Shown here in pieces: positions 49,029-59,194 of a stretch of 64,000 nucleotides of DNA. The stretch covers positions 9,812 through 73,811 of the forward strand of contig JBNLCC010000119.1 of the NCBI GenBank assembly GCA_050303615.1, in the 5' to 3' direction. The notes beneath the pieces were generated by a model, which was not told the origin of the DNA, did no database searches, and saw nothing but the letters and a program-made list of their open reading frames with translations. A program made the translations under genes and the position numbers. Origin of the DNA: Methylococcaceae bacterium (GTDB lineage Bacteria; Pseudomonadota; Gammaproteobacteria; Methylococcales; Methylomonadaceae). The first letter of the stretch is position 1; every line of letters begins with the position of its first letter.

Positions 49029-51180
49029 AACCTTGCGCTAAGGCTTTGCTTTCAAATTGAGCGGACTCTTCTCCGCGCAGTACGGTAACTTGCGTAGGAT
49101 AAGCGAACTGTAGATTATTTTTCTGTAAAATACCGGCGATTTTAAATAGAACATCTTCCTTCACTTGGAGCCATTGTTCCCAATCCACCGACCTGGAAAA
49201 GCAATAAATCAAAATATCAATCGAAAAATCATTGTAACGGTCCAAAAAGACTAATTGTGTCGATTTAATACCCTGAGTATCCTCCAGCGAGGAGAATCTG
49301 ACCTGTTTTTTCCTATTGTTCAATTTATGTTTCGGGTTGGCAATATCCGGATGCACCTTCAACATTGACCTGAGGTCTTGCAACGCACTGCGGATATCAT
49401 CCATATTACTTTCATAGGTAACGCCGACATGCATCTTGATCCGCCTGCCGACCGCCCGGCGATTCCAATTGATCACACTGGAAACCGAAATGACTGAATT
49501 GGGAATGGTGACCAGCGCATTTTCGAAAGTCCGCAGCGTAGTGCTGCGCAACCCGACCTCGGCAACGGTACCTTCCATATCGCCGATTTTCACCCAATCG
49601 CCCATCCTGAACACATTGTCCAGCAGAATGGTAACCCCGCCGAACAGATTGGACAAGGTGTCTTTCGCCGCCAACGCAAAAGCCAGTCCACCTATACCCA
49701 ACGTGGACATAATTGCGGTAATGCTGATACCGAAATGATTCAATATCATTGCCGATATGATAATAGCCATTACGCCCTTAGCAATCTGCACACCCAAATG
49801 AAACAACTCTTTGCGCAGTTCTTTATTACTCCGGCTGATTTTTTGCACCTGCACAATTACAAAGCAGTCTAACACTTTGAATAACAACCAGATATCGATC
49901 AGGGTATAAATAACAAAACTGAAATGTTCCAAAGAAGGCCGATACTCGGTTTTATAAAGCAAAGCGTATGTTGCCAAATCGATACCAATAAAAATCAACA
50001 AAAATTTAATCGGCCGCCGCAGTTCTTCATAAATCAGTTCTTCATTGCCGTATTCCTCATCGAAAAGAAAATTTTCAATAATCCATCGACTGAATCTAAA
50101 CAACAAAGGATAACTAAAAAAGACCAATGAAAAGATCAACAATGAAGTGAGGATCCCACCCACATCAACTTTTAATGGTGCTAATTTATAATTAAATAAT
50201 TTGAAGGCTTCGATCGAATTGATATAGGAAATCAGCGAATGCACCGACAGCAGATGAAACCAGTGGCTGGAAACAATGATTCCCGGGTTATCGACCACAT
50301 AATTGAGTAAATCCTGATAACCGGTATTCGCTGCCAGTAACTGCCGGTAGTTTTCCTGCAAATCCGCATAGACTTTGCTGTCTGTCGTCAATTCAGGCGG
50401 AAGGTATTCTGTTTCTTCGCGGCTATATTCAGTAAGCGCGGCAAGCGCAATTTCCTGGACTTCGGCAGCACTCTGGTAATTATGTGCCGCATAAATCAGG
50501 TCTTGCAGGAATGTCCTGATCGCCTGATCGGTTTTGTAATATTCCCGCTTAAGCTGATCTCGCTGCACCGCCAATTGATTCCCTCTTTCCTGGTTAACGG
50601 CAATGCGTGAATTGAGAAAATTAAGCTGTTCACTCGTCGCAGCAGGCGGCAGTTTTTCTATCGGAGTAGAACGCAGCTTCGACATCAATTTGTCGATGAC
50701 CGTCAGTTTATCATTCAACAATTGGTTGACGGTATCGTCATCGTCGGTTTGCATTAACCGGGCATTCAACCCGTTTAATTCACCGATATAATCAATAATC
50801 GTTTGTTGGTCTGAAGGCGGTTTCGCTATTGCCGCCGGGGCGGAGCCCGCATTGGGAGCCGAATCGGGAGCAATCGCCGGTTGCTGCTGCTCATTGGCAG
50901 TTTGATCGATGGAATCGGTTGCGGTCTCATTTTTTGGAACTGCTTGGGTACTGTCTGCGGAATCCCCCGATATATCCGGAGCGGCGGTAACTGCCGGATC
51001 CGTCACCGGTGTTGCGGGTTCTCCCGACTTCGTAGCGGACGACACCTGCCCGCCGGGCTCACGGCTTATTTCCCGGAAGGGATTGATGAGTACATCCTCA
51101 GCAGCCCCAAAACAAATAGCGTTTGAGAAAAAAATTAAACTGCCTAGAAGGCATAGAACAATTCGCATTACATTATTCAA
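49012..51180 (-). CDS. MscS-family mechanosensitive channel with long N-terminal periplasmic/low-complexity region
   Basis: 722 aa. It has a signal peptide, an Ala/Pro/Ser/Asp/Gln-rich segment (aa about 30-125), a coiled region, multiple TM segments and the MscS core (LSNLFGGVTILLDNVFRMGDWVKIGDMEGTVAEVGLRST). Confidence 0.85.
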   Translation of the reverse strand: MNNVMRIVLCLLGSLIFFSNAICFGAAEDVLINPFREISREPGGQVSSATKSGEPATPVTDPAVTAAPDISGDSADSTQAVPKNETATDSIDQTANEQQQPAIAPDSAPNAGSAPAAIAKPPSDQQTIIDYIGELNGLNARLMQTDDDDTVNQLLNDKLTVIDKLMSKLRSTPIEKLPPAATSEQLNFLNSRIAVNQERGNQLAVQRDQLKREYYKTDQAIRTFLQDLIYAAHNYQSAAEVQEIALAALTEYSREETEYLPPELTTDSKVYADLQENYRQLLAANTGYQDLLNYVVDNPGIIVSSHWFHLLSVHSLISYINSIEAFKLFNYKLAPLKVDVGGILTSLLIFSLVFFSYPLLFRFSRWIIENFLFDEEYGNEELIYEELRRPIKFLLIFIGIDLATYALLYKTEYRPSLEHFSFVIYTLIDIWLLFKVLDCFVIVQVQKISRSNKELRKELFHLGVQIAKGVMAIIISAMILNHFGISITAIMSTLGIGGLAFALAAKDTLSNLFGGVTILLDNVFRMGDWVKIGDMEGTVAEVGLRSTTLRTFENALVTIPNSVISVSSVINWNRRAVGRRIKMHVGVTYESNMDDIRSALQDLRSMLKVHPDIANPKHKLNNRKKQVRFSSLEDTQGIKSTQLVFLDRYNDFSIDILIYCFSRSVDWEQWLQVKEDVLFKIAGILQKNNLQFAYPTQVTVLRGEESAQFESKALAQGYAQSR

Positions 51181-51183
51181 TCG

Positions 51184-52047
51184 TTACCGGCAAAGCGGCA
51201 CTTGGATATTATCGATCAATCTGGCATTTCCCAGTTTTGCGGCGGCCAAAATCACCAGATCGGCATCGAACACCGTTACCGGTTGTAAATCGTCAGCGCG
51301 GCATATTAAAAAATAGTCCGTTTCGAAACCGGCTTTTTGCAATGATTCAAGCTGTTGTTGTTCAATAGCGGCAAAATTCTCGTCACCTGCACAAATCATC
51401 TGCTTTGCTGTATTTAATGACCGGAATAACAGCGGCGCTATCTTTCTTTGCTCAGTTGACAAATAACCGTTCCTGGAACTCATTGCCAATCCGTCGGCTT
51501 CGCGGACGGTAGCTACCGCACGGATTTCCACCGGAATGTTCAGATCATCCACCATGCGCCGAATAACCGCCAGTTGTTGATAGTCCTTGAGACCGAAAAA
51601 TGCCGTATCGGGCTGCACTATATTGAATAATTTGCATACAATCGTCGCAACACCGCTGAAGTGCCCCTTCCTGCTTATACCGCAGTGCATATCGGAAAGG
51701 CTGTTTACGGTAACAACAGTATCCGGCGAAGAAGGATAAATTTCGCCGCCCCCCGGCAAAAATAATAAATCGGTATGACTATCTGTCAATTTTTGGCGGT
51801 CCTGTTTTTCAGTGCGCGGATAACTGTAAAAATCCTCGCCTACGCCGAATTGGGTCGGATTGACAAAAATGCTGGCCACAACACGATCGGCGCATTGCCT
51901 GGCTTCCTTCACCAGTTGCAAATGCCCTTGATGCAAATTGCCCATAGTCGGCACCAAGGCTATCGTTTCGCCTTGCTGTCGCCACAATTTAACTTGGCGA
52001 CGCAAGTCCTTTATAGATTCAACTACTTGCATATCATTTAAAAACAA
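51184..52047 (-). CDS. panC: Pantoate-beta-alanine ligase PanC
   Basis: 287 aa. It has VPTMGNLHQGHLQL (HIGH-like) and typical PanC motifs. Confidence 0.95.
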   Translation of the reverse strand: MFLNDMQVVESIKDLRRQVKLWRQQGETIALVPTMGNLHQGHLQLVKEARQCADRVVASIFVNPTQFGVGEDFYSYPRTEKQDRQKLTDSHTDLLFLPGGGEIYPSSPDTVVTVNSLSDMHCGISRKGHFSGVATIVCKLFNIVQPDTAFFGLKDYQQLAVIRRMVDDLNIPVEIRAVATVREADGLAMSSRNGYLSTEQRKIAPLLFRSLNTAKQMICAGDENFAAIEQQQLESLQKAGFETDYFLICRADDLQPVTVFDADLVILAAAKLGNARLIDNIQVPLCR

Positions 52048-52529
52048 TGTTCCCCTGCCGGAAAAAGCGCGCTTATTACTTCGCGCTCATAGGCTCGAAC
52101 CGCTGCATCGATGCCGCCGGCGCCGACCATAAAATTTTTGGAAAACCGCGGTCGCTTGCCGATTGCGATGTCCAACATATCATACAACACCAAAACCCGC
52201 TCGTCACTGGTACCCGCACCGGCGCCAGTGACAGCAATATGCAATAGACCGGTAATCTACCGCGCCAGTTCCGCCGGAATGCATTCCGAAACCAACAGAC
52301 CCACTCCGGCCTGGTACAGTTTTTTTAACTTGCTCCCTAATTCTGTCTGCATCGGACGGCTATTTACCCTGCAATTTAAACCGCCCAACAAGTTGATTGA
52401 TTGCGGAAGTAACCCCAAATTCCCGCATACCGGCATCCCTTGCTGGACAAGGGATTGAACAATTTCGCATTTTGCACCGCTTATACCGGTAAAGGGTTTT
52501 GCAGATGCGAGGGAAGAATATTGCGTCAC
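52038..52529 (-). pseudogene. panB: panB remnant (3-methyl-2-oxobutanoate hydroxymethyltransferase), N-terminally truncated with in-frame TAG
   Basis: Two same-frame fragments read ...GMPVCGNLGLLPQS...LVSECIPAELAR*ITGLLHIAVTGAGAGTSDERVLVLYDML...FPAGEHCF, which is collinear with the PanB C-terminal two-thirds. The TAG is at 52257-52259. The first 90-100 or so residues are absent because folK ends at 52526. Confidence 0.75.
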
Positions 52530-53035
52530 GACAATTTCAATTTAGTCAGCCCGTGCAAAGGACATTTTGCGGCAAGCTCGGTTACCGGCCCATAGCCTGG
52601 GATTTCCAATTCCGGCGCAATTTCACACAAGGGATATAATACAAAAGCCCGCTCGGTTATTCCGTAATGCGGAACAACCAAATCGGGCGTGTTAATCTGC
52701 CGGTCACCATATAGCAGTAAATCCAAATCGAGTGTTCTGGCGCCCCAGCGCTGGCCTGTCCTCACTCTACCCTGGTGCTGCTCAATACGCTGCAGGCAAT
52801 GAAGCAAATCCAGCGCCGGCAAGACAGTCGTTATTGCCATAACGGCGTTAACATAATCCGGCTGATCAGCCGGTCCCATTGGCTGACTCAGATAGAAACT
52901 GGAAAATGCACGTTCCTGCACGCCATTGATCCGGTTGATCGCCAGCCGCGCGGTTTTTAACTGTAATTGAGGGTTATCGAGATTACTGCCCAGCCCGATA
53001 TAGACCTCGATTTTATTTGCTTCTGCCGATACCAT
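52526..53035 (-). CDS. folK: 2-amino-4-hydroxy-6-hydroxymethyldihydropteridine diphosphokinase FolK
   Basis: 169 aa, full-length and collinear with E. coli HPPK (IGLGSNL..., QPDYVNAV, RWGARTLDLDLLLYG, VPHYG). Confidence 0.92.
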   Translation of the reverse strand: MVSAEANKIEVYIGLGSNLDNPQLQLKTARLAINRINGVQERAFSSFYLSQPMGPADQPDYVNAVMAITTVLPALDLLHCLQRIEQHQGRVRTGQRWGARTLDLDLLLYGDRQINTPDLVVPHYGITERAFVLYPLCEIAPELEIPGYGPVTELAAKCPLHGLTKLKLS

Positions 53036-53037
53036 GA

Positions 53038-54399
53038 TTATTCAGCTGCGTTATTGCGTTGTTTATCGGCTACGTCAGCCTGCGCGGATTTCCCGTATTT
53101 GCGGCTTTTACGTTTACGAACAGGTTTTATCATGCGCCGCTGTTCCGAGTCATCCGCATATTGGAATTTTGTCCACCAGTCGGCTATTGCCTGATCGGCT
53201 ATACCGGTCTCCGCCCTTAACAGTAAAAAATCATAAGCAGCCCTGAAACGAGGATGGGTCAACAATTTGAACGGCTTGCTTCCGGTTCGGCGATTAAAAG
53301 CCAACTGCAAACTCCAAATTTCGCGTATTGAAAACCCAACCCGTTTGGGAAACGCGGTGCTTTTTACCTGCTTGGCAATCACCTCGCCCGCCGCTTCCTG
53401 ATAAGCGGCAAATTCATTAACGCCTTGCTGAATTTTTTCAGCCGCCAAGGTTTGTACCGGCTCCCACAAAAATGCCGCCAATAAAAAATAGGGAACTACC
53501 GTTTTACCTTCAGCCAGCCTTTTATCGGTATTTTCCAACGCCTTAACCAAAAATAACTTCGGGAAACCCTGTTCTTCACTAGCCAGACATCGGTCCGTTT
53601 CTGGAAACAACACCGCAAATAAACCGTAATGCCTTAACATTTCAAACCCTTGCACGGCATAGCCGGATAAAAAAAGTTTTAACATTTCGTCATACAACCG
53701 GGCAGACGGTACGGCGACCAGCAAATCGACCATTTTATGAATCGGCGCTTCACAATCCGGATGTAATGTAAAACCAAGCTTAACGGCAAAACGCACCGCT
53801 CGCAACATCCTAACCGGATCTTCCCGATAACGCATTTCAGGATTGCCGATTAATTGCAACATACCGGCGGCGTGATCCTGCATACCTCCGGTATAATCAA
53901 CTACCGAAAAATCCCGAATGTTGTAATACAAAGCATTGACGGTAAAATCCCTGCGCCACACGTCTTCTTCAATTGTCCCGTAGACATTATCACGCAACAG
54001 CCTGCCGTTTTCATGCATTCTGGAGTTAGCATCATCATTACCGGCAGCACCTCGAAAGGTCGCCACCTCAATGATTTCCCGGCCGAAGTGCACGTGCGCC
54101 AAACGGAATCGCCTACCGATCAACCGGCAATTCCTGAATATTTTCCTGACCTGTTCCGGTTCCGCGTCGGTAACTACATCGAAATCCTTCGGCTCTCTTC
54201 CGAGCAATAAATCGCGCACGCAACCGCCGACCAGATAGGCTTGGTAACCGGATTTCTTCAGCCGATACAATACCTTCAACGCATTCTCACTGATCTGGGA
54301 ACGCGATATATTATGCTCTGTTCGCGGATATATTTTCGGTTCAATCCGTTTTGACTTGTTACCGGCGTTAATTATTAGTTTTTTTATATAATTTAAAAT
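53038..54399 (-). CDS. pcnB: Poly(A) polymerase I PcnB (5' end inferred, probable non-canonical start)
   Basis: The ORF-track start (TTG at 54279) falls inside the conserved ISENALKVLYRLKK block. The same frame stays open up to a TAA at 54414-54412 and encodes the conserved PKIYPRTEHNISRSQ with no ATG/GTG/TTG. ATT at 54399 or ATC at 54402 are candidate starts. Confidence 0.85.
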   Translation of the reverse strand: MLNYIKKLIINAGNKSKRIEPKIYPRTEHNISRSQISENALKVLYRLKKSGYQAYLVGGCVRDLLLGREPKDFDVVTDAEPEQVRKIFRNCRLIGRRFRLAHVHFGREIIEVATFRGAAGNDDANSRMHENGRLLRDNVYGTIEEDVWRRDFTVNALYYNIRDFSVVDYTGGMQDHAAGMLQLIGNPEMRYREDPVRMLRAVRFAVKLGFTLHPDCEAPIHKMVDLLVAVPSARLYDEMLKLFLSGYAVQGFEMLRHYGLFAVLFPETDRCLASEEQGFPKLFLVKALENTDKRLAEGKTVVPYFLLAAFLWEPVQTLAAEKIQQGVNEFAAYQEAAGEVIAKQVKSTAFPKRVGFSIREIWSLQLAFNRRTGSKPFKLLTHPRFRAAYDFLLLRAETGIADQAIADWWTKFQYADDSEQRRMIKPVRKRKSRKYGKSAQADVADKQRNNAAE

Positions 54400-54738
54400 G
54401 ATCTTGCGTCCTTAATGATACATTGCCGTAATTAATACCAGCTGTAAAATAATTCAGGGCTGGCATATTCGAACCGGCACATCATATCATTTCCGCTATT
54501 TTATGCCCAAGCTAATAGGTTTCTTTTTACAAAACCGTGGTAACTATAGTAGAATCCTTCGTGATTTTTTGTAAGTCGTGAGCTGGTTGCAGCCAGTATT
54601 CGATAACCTCCGATTCGTCGAGGATTGTCGATTATTATTTCTTAGGAGTGTACTTGCTGATCAAGGTCTTTCAACCTGATTATGGCATTTTGACAATTAA
54701 CCGATAACTGGGTTGCCAGTGCTCGATTGGAGGAAATT

Positions 54739-54918
54739 ATGATCAAACGAATTATTAACGAATTGATCGACCACCCTTTTTTAACCAGTATTTTTGTATC
54801 TGATTTGGTTATACTGCTTTTTCACAGGCCACCGTTTTTGTTCTCGGCTCTGATGATCAGCCTACTGATGGTGCTGTCCATGTATTTCGGCCAAAAAATG
54901 GCTTTATTTAAAAAATAA
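54739..54918 (+). CDS. Hypothetical small membrane protein
   Basis: 59 aa from an ATG preceded by GGAGGA. It has two hydrophobic segments and no recognisable family. Confidence 0.3.
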   Translation: MIKRIINELIDHPFLTSIFVSDLVILLFHRPPFLFSALMISLLMVLSMYFGQKMALFKK

Positions 54919-54940
54919 CACGCCGCAGCCAAATAATTAC

Positions 54941-55372
54941 GTGAAAAAACCTGGCACGGAAAACCGGAATCGGCCGGGTTTTTGTCGTCGAATTGCTGCC
55001 GTCGCTTATGATTCACTGTTGTTGCTGGGCGTGCTGTTCTTAGCGACGGCCATTCTGCTGCCATTCAACAACGGGCAAGCTTTTACCGGCCAACAAATCT
55101 TCTATCCCTTCTATCTACTTGCGGTCAGTTTCGGGTTTTTCGGCTGGTTTTGGACTCACGGCGGCCAGACCCTGGGAATGCGGGCATGGAAAATCAAAGT
55201 GCTAAGTCTCGACCGACAATCAATCAGCTGGAAACAGGCGCTATTGCGATATTGCGGTGCCATTGTTTCCTGGCTGATGTTTGGCTGCGGTTTCTTACGG
55301 ATTCTAACGGACAACGAACGGCATGCTTGGCATGATCGCTTTTCCGGAACCTTCTTGTATTTCGATCGTTAA
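54941..55372 (+). CDS. RDD-family membrane protein
   Basis: 143 aa with a GTG start. It has the RDD pattern (RRIAAVAYDSLLLLGVL...GQTLGMRAWKIKV...WHDRFSGT). Confidence 0.7.
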   Translation: MKKPGTENRNRPGFCRRIAAVAYDSLLLLGVLFLATAILLPFNNGQAFTGQQIFYPFYLLAVSFGFFGWFWTHGGQTLGMRAWKIKVLSLDRQSISWKQALLRYCGAIVSWLMFGCGFLRILTDNERHAWHDRFSGTFLYFDR

Positions 55373-55379
55373 CCGAGAA

Positions 55380-56453
55380 CTAACGCAGCCGATAAATGGC
55401 ATACAGCGCCCCGCTTAAAACAAGCATACTCGGCAATACAGCGGCCAACGCCGGACTGAAGCCGTAGACCAAACCTGCATTGCCGACAATTTTATCGATC
55501 ACATGAAAACTCAAACCAATCAGCACACCCATCATCATTCGGGGACCGGTAGCCTCTGCTCTCTTAAATCCGAGCACGAAGGGGGTTGCAACCAATAACA
55601 TGACCAAAGTAACCAAGGGATTTACCACCCTGCCCCAAAAAGCCAATTCAAACGTATGCGCTTTTTGATTATTTTCCTTAAGAAACTGGATATACATCGC
55701 CAAGTCGTATAGCGAGAGGTTTTCCGGTTCTACCGCCACAATTTTCAGTAAATCCGGATCAATGGAAGACTCCCAGGTTAACTCGGATTGGGTATATGCC
55801 GATATCCGGTTGTCTTTAACTTCCGTGGCCTCGACACCTTTTAAAACCCACCTGTCATCACCGGCGTACAATGCCTCGTCAGCATGGGTCATGCGCACCA
55901 CGCGGTCCTGTTCGCCAAGTTCATAGATATTAACGTTTGCCAGATCCCCGGTTTTCTGGATCTGACGTATGTTGATAAATTTATTGCCATCCCGCAACCA
56001 AAGCCCGTAAAGACTTTGCCAGACGACTTTCTGATGCCCTGTTTGCGCTTCCGACCTGATTAACTTAGCCGTTCTCTGGGATAGCGGAGCGATAAACTCA
56101 CCGATTGCCACAGAAACCAGCACCAAAATACCGCCGGCCAGCAGCACGGACCGAATCAAGCCCAGCAGAGAAATACCGGACATGCGCATTGCTACCAATT
56201 CCCTATTTGATTGCATCGCACCGAGCACGAACAGGCTGCCCAGCAAAGCTGCCGACGGCATCAATTCATAAAATACCGTAGGCGTAACCAAAGTCACATA
56301 CATGGCTGCCTCCTTCAACCCATAATTCCCTTCCCCCAAATGCTTCAATTCATCCCTGAAAGTAAATACATTAACCAGGGTAATCAGCAACAGAATTGCA
56401 ATCAAGGTACCCTTCAGTATCTCCTTGACGATATACGCAGTTAAAATCTTCAC
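55380..56453 (-). CDS. lptG: LPS export ABC permease LptG
   Basis: 357 aa YjgP/YjgQ-type permease. It overlaps the lptF stop by 4 nt. Confidence 0.85.
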   Translation of the reverse strand: MKILTAYIVKEILKGTLIAILLLITLVNVFTFRDELKHLGEGNYGLKEAAMYVTLVTPTVFYELMPSAALLGSLFVLGAMQSNRELVAMRMSGISLLGLIRSVLLAGGILVLVSVAIGEFIAPLSQRTAKLIRSEAQTGHQKVVWQSLYGLWLRDGNKFINIRQIQKTGDLANVNIYELGEQDRVVRMTHADEALYAGDDRWVLKGVEATEVKDNRISAYTQSELTWESSIDPDLLKIVAVEPENLSLYDLAMYIQFLKENNQKAHTFELAFWGRVVNPLVTLVMLLVATPFVLGFKRAEATGPRMMMGVLIGLSFHVIDKIVGNAGLVYGFSPALAAVLPSMLVLSGALYAIYRLR

Positions 56454-57571
56454 CAGGCCGCCTTTTTTGCGAAACTCATTTTAATCCACTCCACGCCGTA
56501 AAGTTTTACTATTATGAAACCGATCACCACCAGCATAATCAAATAAATTGCGAAAAATCCGCTCCATGGCGGAATGATACCGTTCACCACCCAACTGTGG
56601 CTAAGCCGGCGAACATTTGCATAACAAAAATAAATCAAAAATGCAGTAAACAAGTTCCCATATATTCCGCCTCTAGGGGAAATATGGGCTAAAGGGACAG
56701 CCAGTGCTCCCAGAATGATCACACCGAAAGGTATCGCCAGACGTTGTTGCAATTCTGCAATATCCGGCAATTGATTTGAACTCAGCAATTGACCGGTGGA
56801 AACCGCTTCACGATCGAGGTCCGTTGCTCTTAAGACCGCTTCGAGTCTGAACGCATATTGTTCGAAGTTTTCCACAATAAAATTGACGTCTCCCGGTTTA
56901 CCCTGCAACCGCTCCCCATCCATTAGAACCAAATAACGTCCATCGGGCAGATCCTGGATTTTACCCGTTTCGGAGGTAATGATACCGAGGTCGCCTTGCA
57001 ATCTGTTCTGCACGAATACATGGCGCAACAGATTGTGCGACGTTATTTCCTGCACATAAAATACCAGATCACCATGCTGGTATTCACTAAAACGCCCCGC
57101 ACTAATCCCTTTTAAATCTACAGACTGCTGATCCCTATGAATCAATTGATCGATAGTTGCTTCAGCCCACGGAGCGGCAAAAAAAGACATACAGGCAGCG
57201 AAGGCAAACAACGGGACAATCAACAGAAACACGGAACGGTATAAAGTGACAATGCCGACACCTGCAGAGGATAACGCATCCATTTCATGATCCCGATACA
57301 TCCTTCCAAAGACCATCAACACCGCTATAAAGAAGGCGGCGGGAAGAAAAGCAGCTAGAGCTACAACCGTCTTTAATGCAAAAATGGAGGTTACAATTTC
57401 ATTTGAAACCTCGCCTTTGATCGCCTTACCCAATATGCGGATGAACTCCCTGCTGACAATAATAATGACAATGGTAGATAAGGCCGCAACTAAAGTTTTG
57501 ATCAAATCGGTAACAATCAATTTATCCAGGACGGTCACAAAACGGTTATTGCGCATTATCACCATCCCCAA
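56450..57571 (-). CDS. lptF: LPS export ABC permease LptF
   Basis: 373-aa ORF of YjgP/YjgQ type, divergent from pepA as in many Gammaproteobacteria. The start could be one of the Met codons within the first 6 residues. Confidence 0.85.
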   Translation of the reverse strand: MGMVIMRNNRFVTVLDKLIVTDLIKTLVAALSTIVIIIVSREFIRILGKAIKGEVSNEIVTSIFALKTVVALAAFLPAAFFIAVLMVFGRMYRDHEMDALSSAGVGIVTLYRSVFLLIVPLFAFAACMSFFAAPWAEATIDQLIHRDQQSVDLKGISAGRFSEYQHGDLVFYVQEITSHNLLRHVFVQNRLQGDLGIITSETGKIQDLPDGRYLVLMDGERLQGKPGDVNFIVENFEQYAFRLEAVLRATDLDREAVSTGQLLSSNQLPDIAELQQRLAIPFGVIILGALAVPLAHISPRGGIYGNLFTAFLIYFCYANVRRLSHSWVVNGIIPPWSGFFAIYLIMLVVIGFIIVKLYGVEWIKMSFAKKAAW

Positions 57572-57697
57572 TCCGACAAATAGTTTCTTTCATTTCCTCT
57601 CACAAACTTCTGATTATTGTATAATTGGTTCATTGCGATTCAGATATCAGCTCTGCTTCACCAGGGTTTTGTAAATTAAAAATTCACCGGTACCACA

Positions 57698-59194
57698 ATG
57701 GAATATTCTATAGAAAGCTCACCTTTAGAAAAACTGCAAAGTAGCTGCATTATTGTCGGCATTTTTGAAAATCAGGAATTAACGCCGTCGGCCGCCTATC
57801 TTGACCAGCATATTCACGGATTGATCGGTACCATCCTCAAGCGAGGCGACCTATCAGGGAAAAAGGGTGAAACAACGCTGTTGAATTATATACCGGATAG
57901 CGACATTGAACGTATTCTTTTGGTTGGTCTGGGAAAAAAAGAAGAGCTTAACACTAAAAATTATCGCAAGGCGGTTACTTCAGCGATTAAATGTTTAAAA
58001 GAAAAAAAAATACAAAAGACGGTATGTACCTTCGCGGAAGTAAAAGTCGGAAACTATGACTGGACCTGGAAAACCCGGCAAATTATCGAAATAGTGGATC
58101 ACGCCTGTTATCAATTTACGCAATTGAAAAGTGACAACAATAAAAAAATAAATCTCAAAGAAGTGCTGATTCACGTTCCCGAATCCGCTGCGGAACAGGC
58201 CGCAATCGGCTTGTGTCAAGGCAAGGCCATAGCAGCCGGAGTAAACCTGGCGAGGACGCTGGCCGATCTTCCCGGTAATATTTGTACGCCATCCTATTTG
58301 GCCGAACAAGCCGTCATCCTTGGCCGGTCCAACAATAAACTGAAAGTGAACATACTGGAAGAAGCGGACATGCAGGAATTGTCCATGGGGGCACTGTTGT
58401 CGGTGACCCGCGGCAGCCGCCAGCCGGCCAAACTGATTGTCGTTGAATATTCAGGCGCCGGACAAAGCACTCAACCCATTGTACTCGTCGGCAAGGGCCT
58501 CACTTTTGATGCCGGCGGTATCTCGCTTAAGCCCGGCGCCAACATGGATGAAATGAAATACGACATGTGCGGCGGAGCGTCGGTTCTGGGCGCACTATCC
58601 GCCGCCGTTGCGTTGGATTTGCCGCTCAATATAGTCGGTCTTATTCCCTCTTCGGAAAACATGCCTGACGGAAATGCCAATAAACCCGGGGATGTGTTGA
58701 CCAGCATGTCGGGAAAAACCATCGAAGTTCTGAATACCGATGCGGAAGGCCGCCTGATTCTTTGTGATACCTTAACCTATGCGAAAAAATATAATCCCGA
58801 GGTGGTTATCGATATCGCGACACTGACCGGCGCCTGCCTCATTGCTTTAGGAAGAACGCCGAGCGGTTTATTAGGCAATGACGACCCACTCTGCGATGAT
58901 CTGACCGAGGCCGCCGAAACTTCCTGTGATACCGTGTGGCGGCTGCCAATCTGGGAGGAATACCAAGAGCAGCTCAAATCCAATTTTGCCGACATGGCCA
59001 ACATCGGCGGCCGCGATGCCGGCACCATCACCGCGGCCTGTTTTCTGTCGCGCTTTACGGAAGACTATCGCTGGGCACATCTGGATATCGCCGGCACTGC
59101 TTGGCGTACCGGCAGTAACAAGGGCGCAACCGGCCGCCCGGTACCGTTACTATGTCAATATCTGCTGGACAGAGCTGCACAACAAGTGAACTAA
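57698..59194 (+). CDS. pepA: Leucyl aminopeptidase PepA (M17)
   Basis: 498 aa. It has the M17 signature [12 protein letters not shown] and [16 protein letters not shown]. Confidence 0.95.
   Translation: MEYSIESSPLEKLQSSCIIVGIFENQELTPSAAYLDQHIHGLIGTILKRGDLSGKKGETTLLNYIPDSDIERILLVGLGKKEELNTKNYRKAVTSAIKCLKEKKIQKTVCTFAEVKVGNYDWTWKTRQIIEIVDHACYQFTQLKSDNNKKINLKEVLIHVPESAAEQAAIGLCQGKAIAAGVNLARTLADLPGNICTPSYLAEQAVILGRSNNKLKVNILEEADMQELSMGALLSVTRGSRQPAKLIVVEYSGAGQSTQPIVLVGKGLTFDAGGISLKPGANMDEMKYDMCGGASVLGALSAAVALDLPLNIVGLIPSSENMPDGNANKPGDVLTSMSGKTIEVLNTDAEGRLILCDTLTYAKKYNPEVVIDIATLTGACLIALGRTPSGLLGNDDPLCDDLTEAAETSCDTVWRLPIWEEYQEQLKSNFADMANIGGRDAGTITAACFLSRFTEDYRWAHLDIAGTAWRTGSNKGATGRPVPLLCQYLLDRAAQQVN

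Noticed and set aside
52257-52259. In-frame TAG in panB as possible programmed read-through or non-standard amino acid
   Set aside because: The gene also lacks its 5' third and shows internal shortening and loss of a conserved His. Decay explains the stop more simply.
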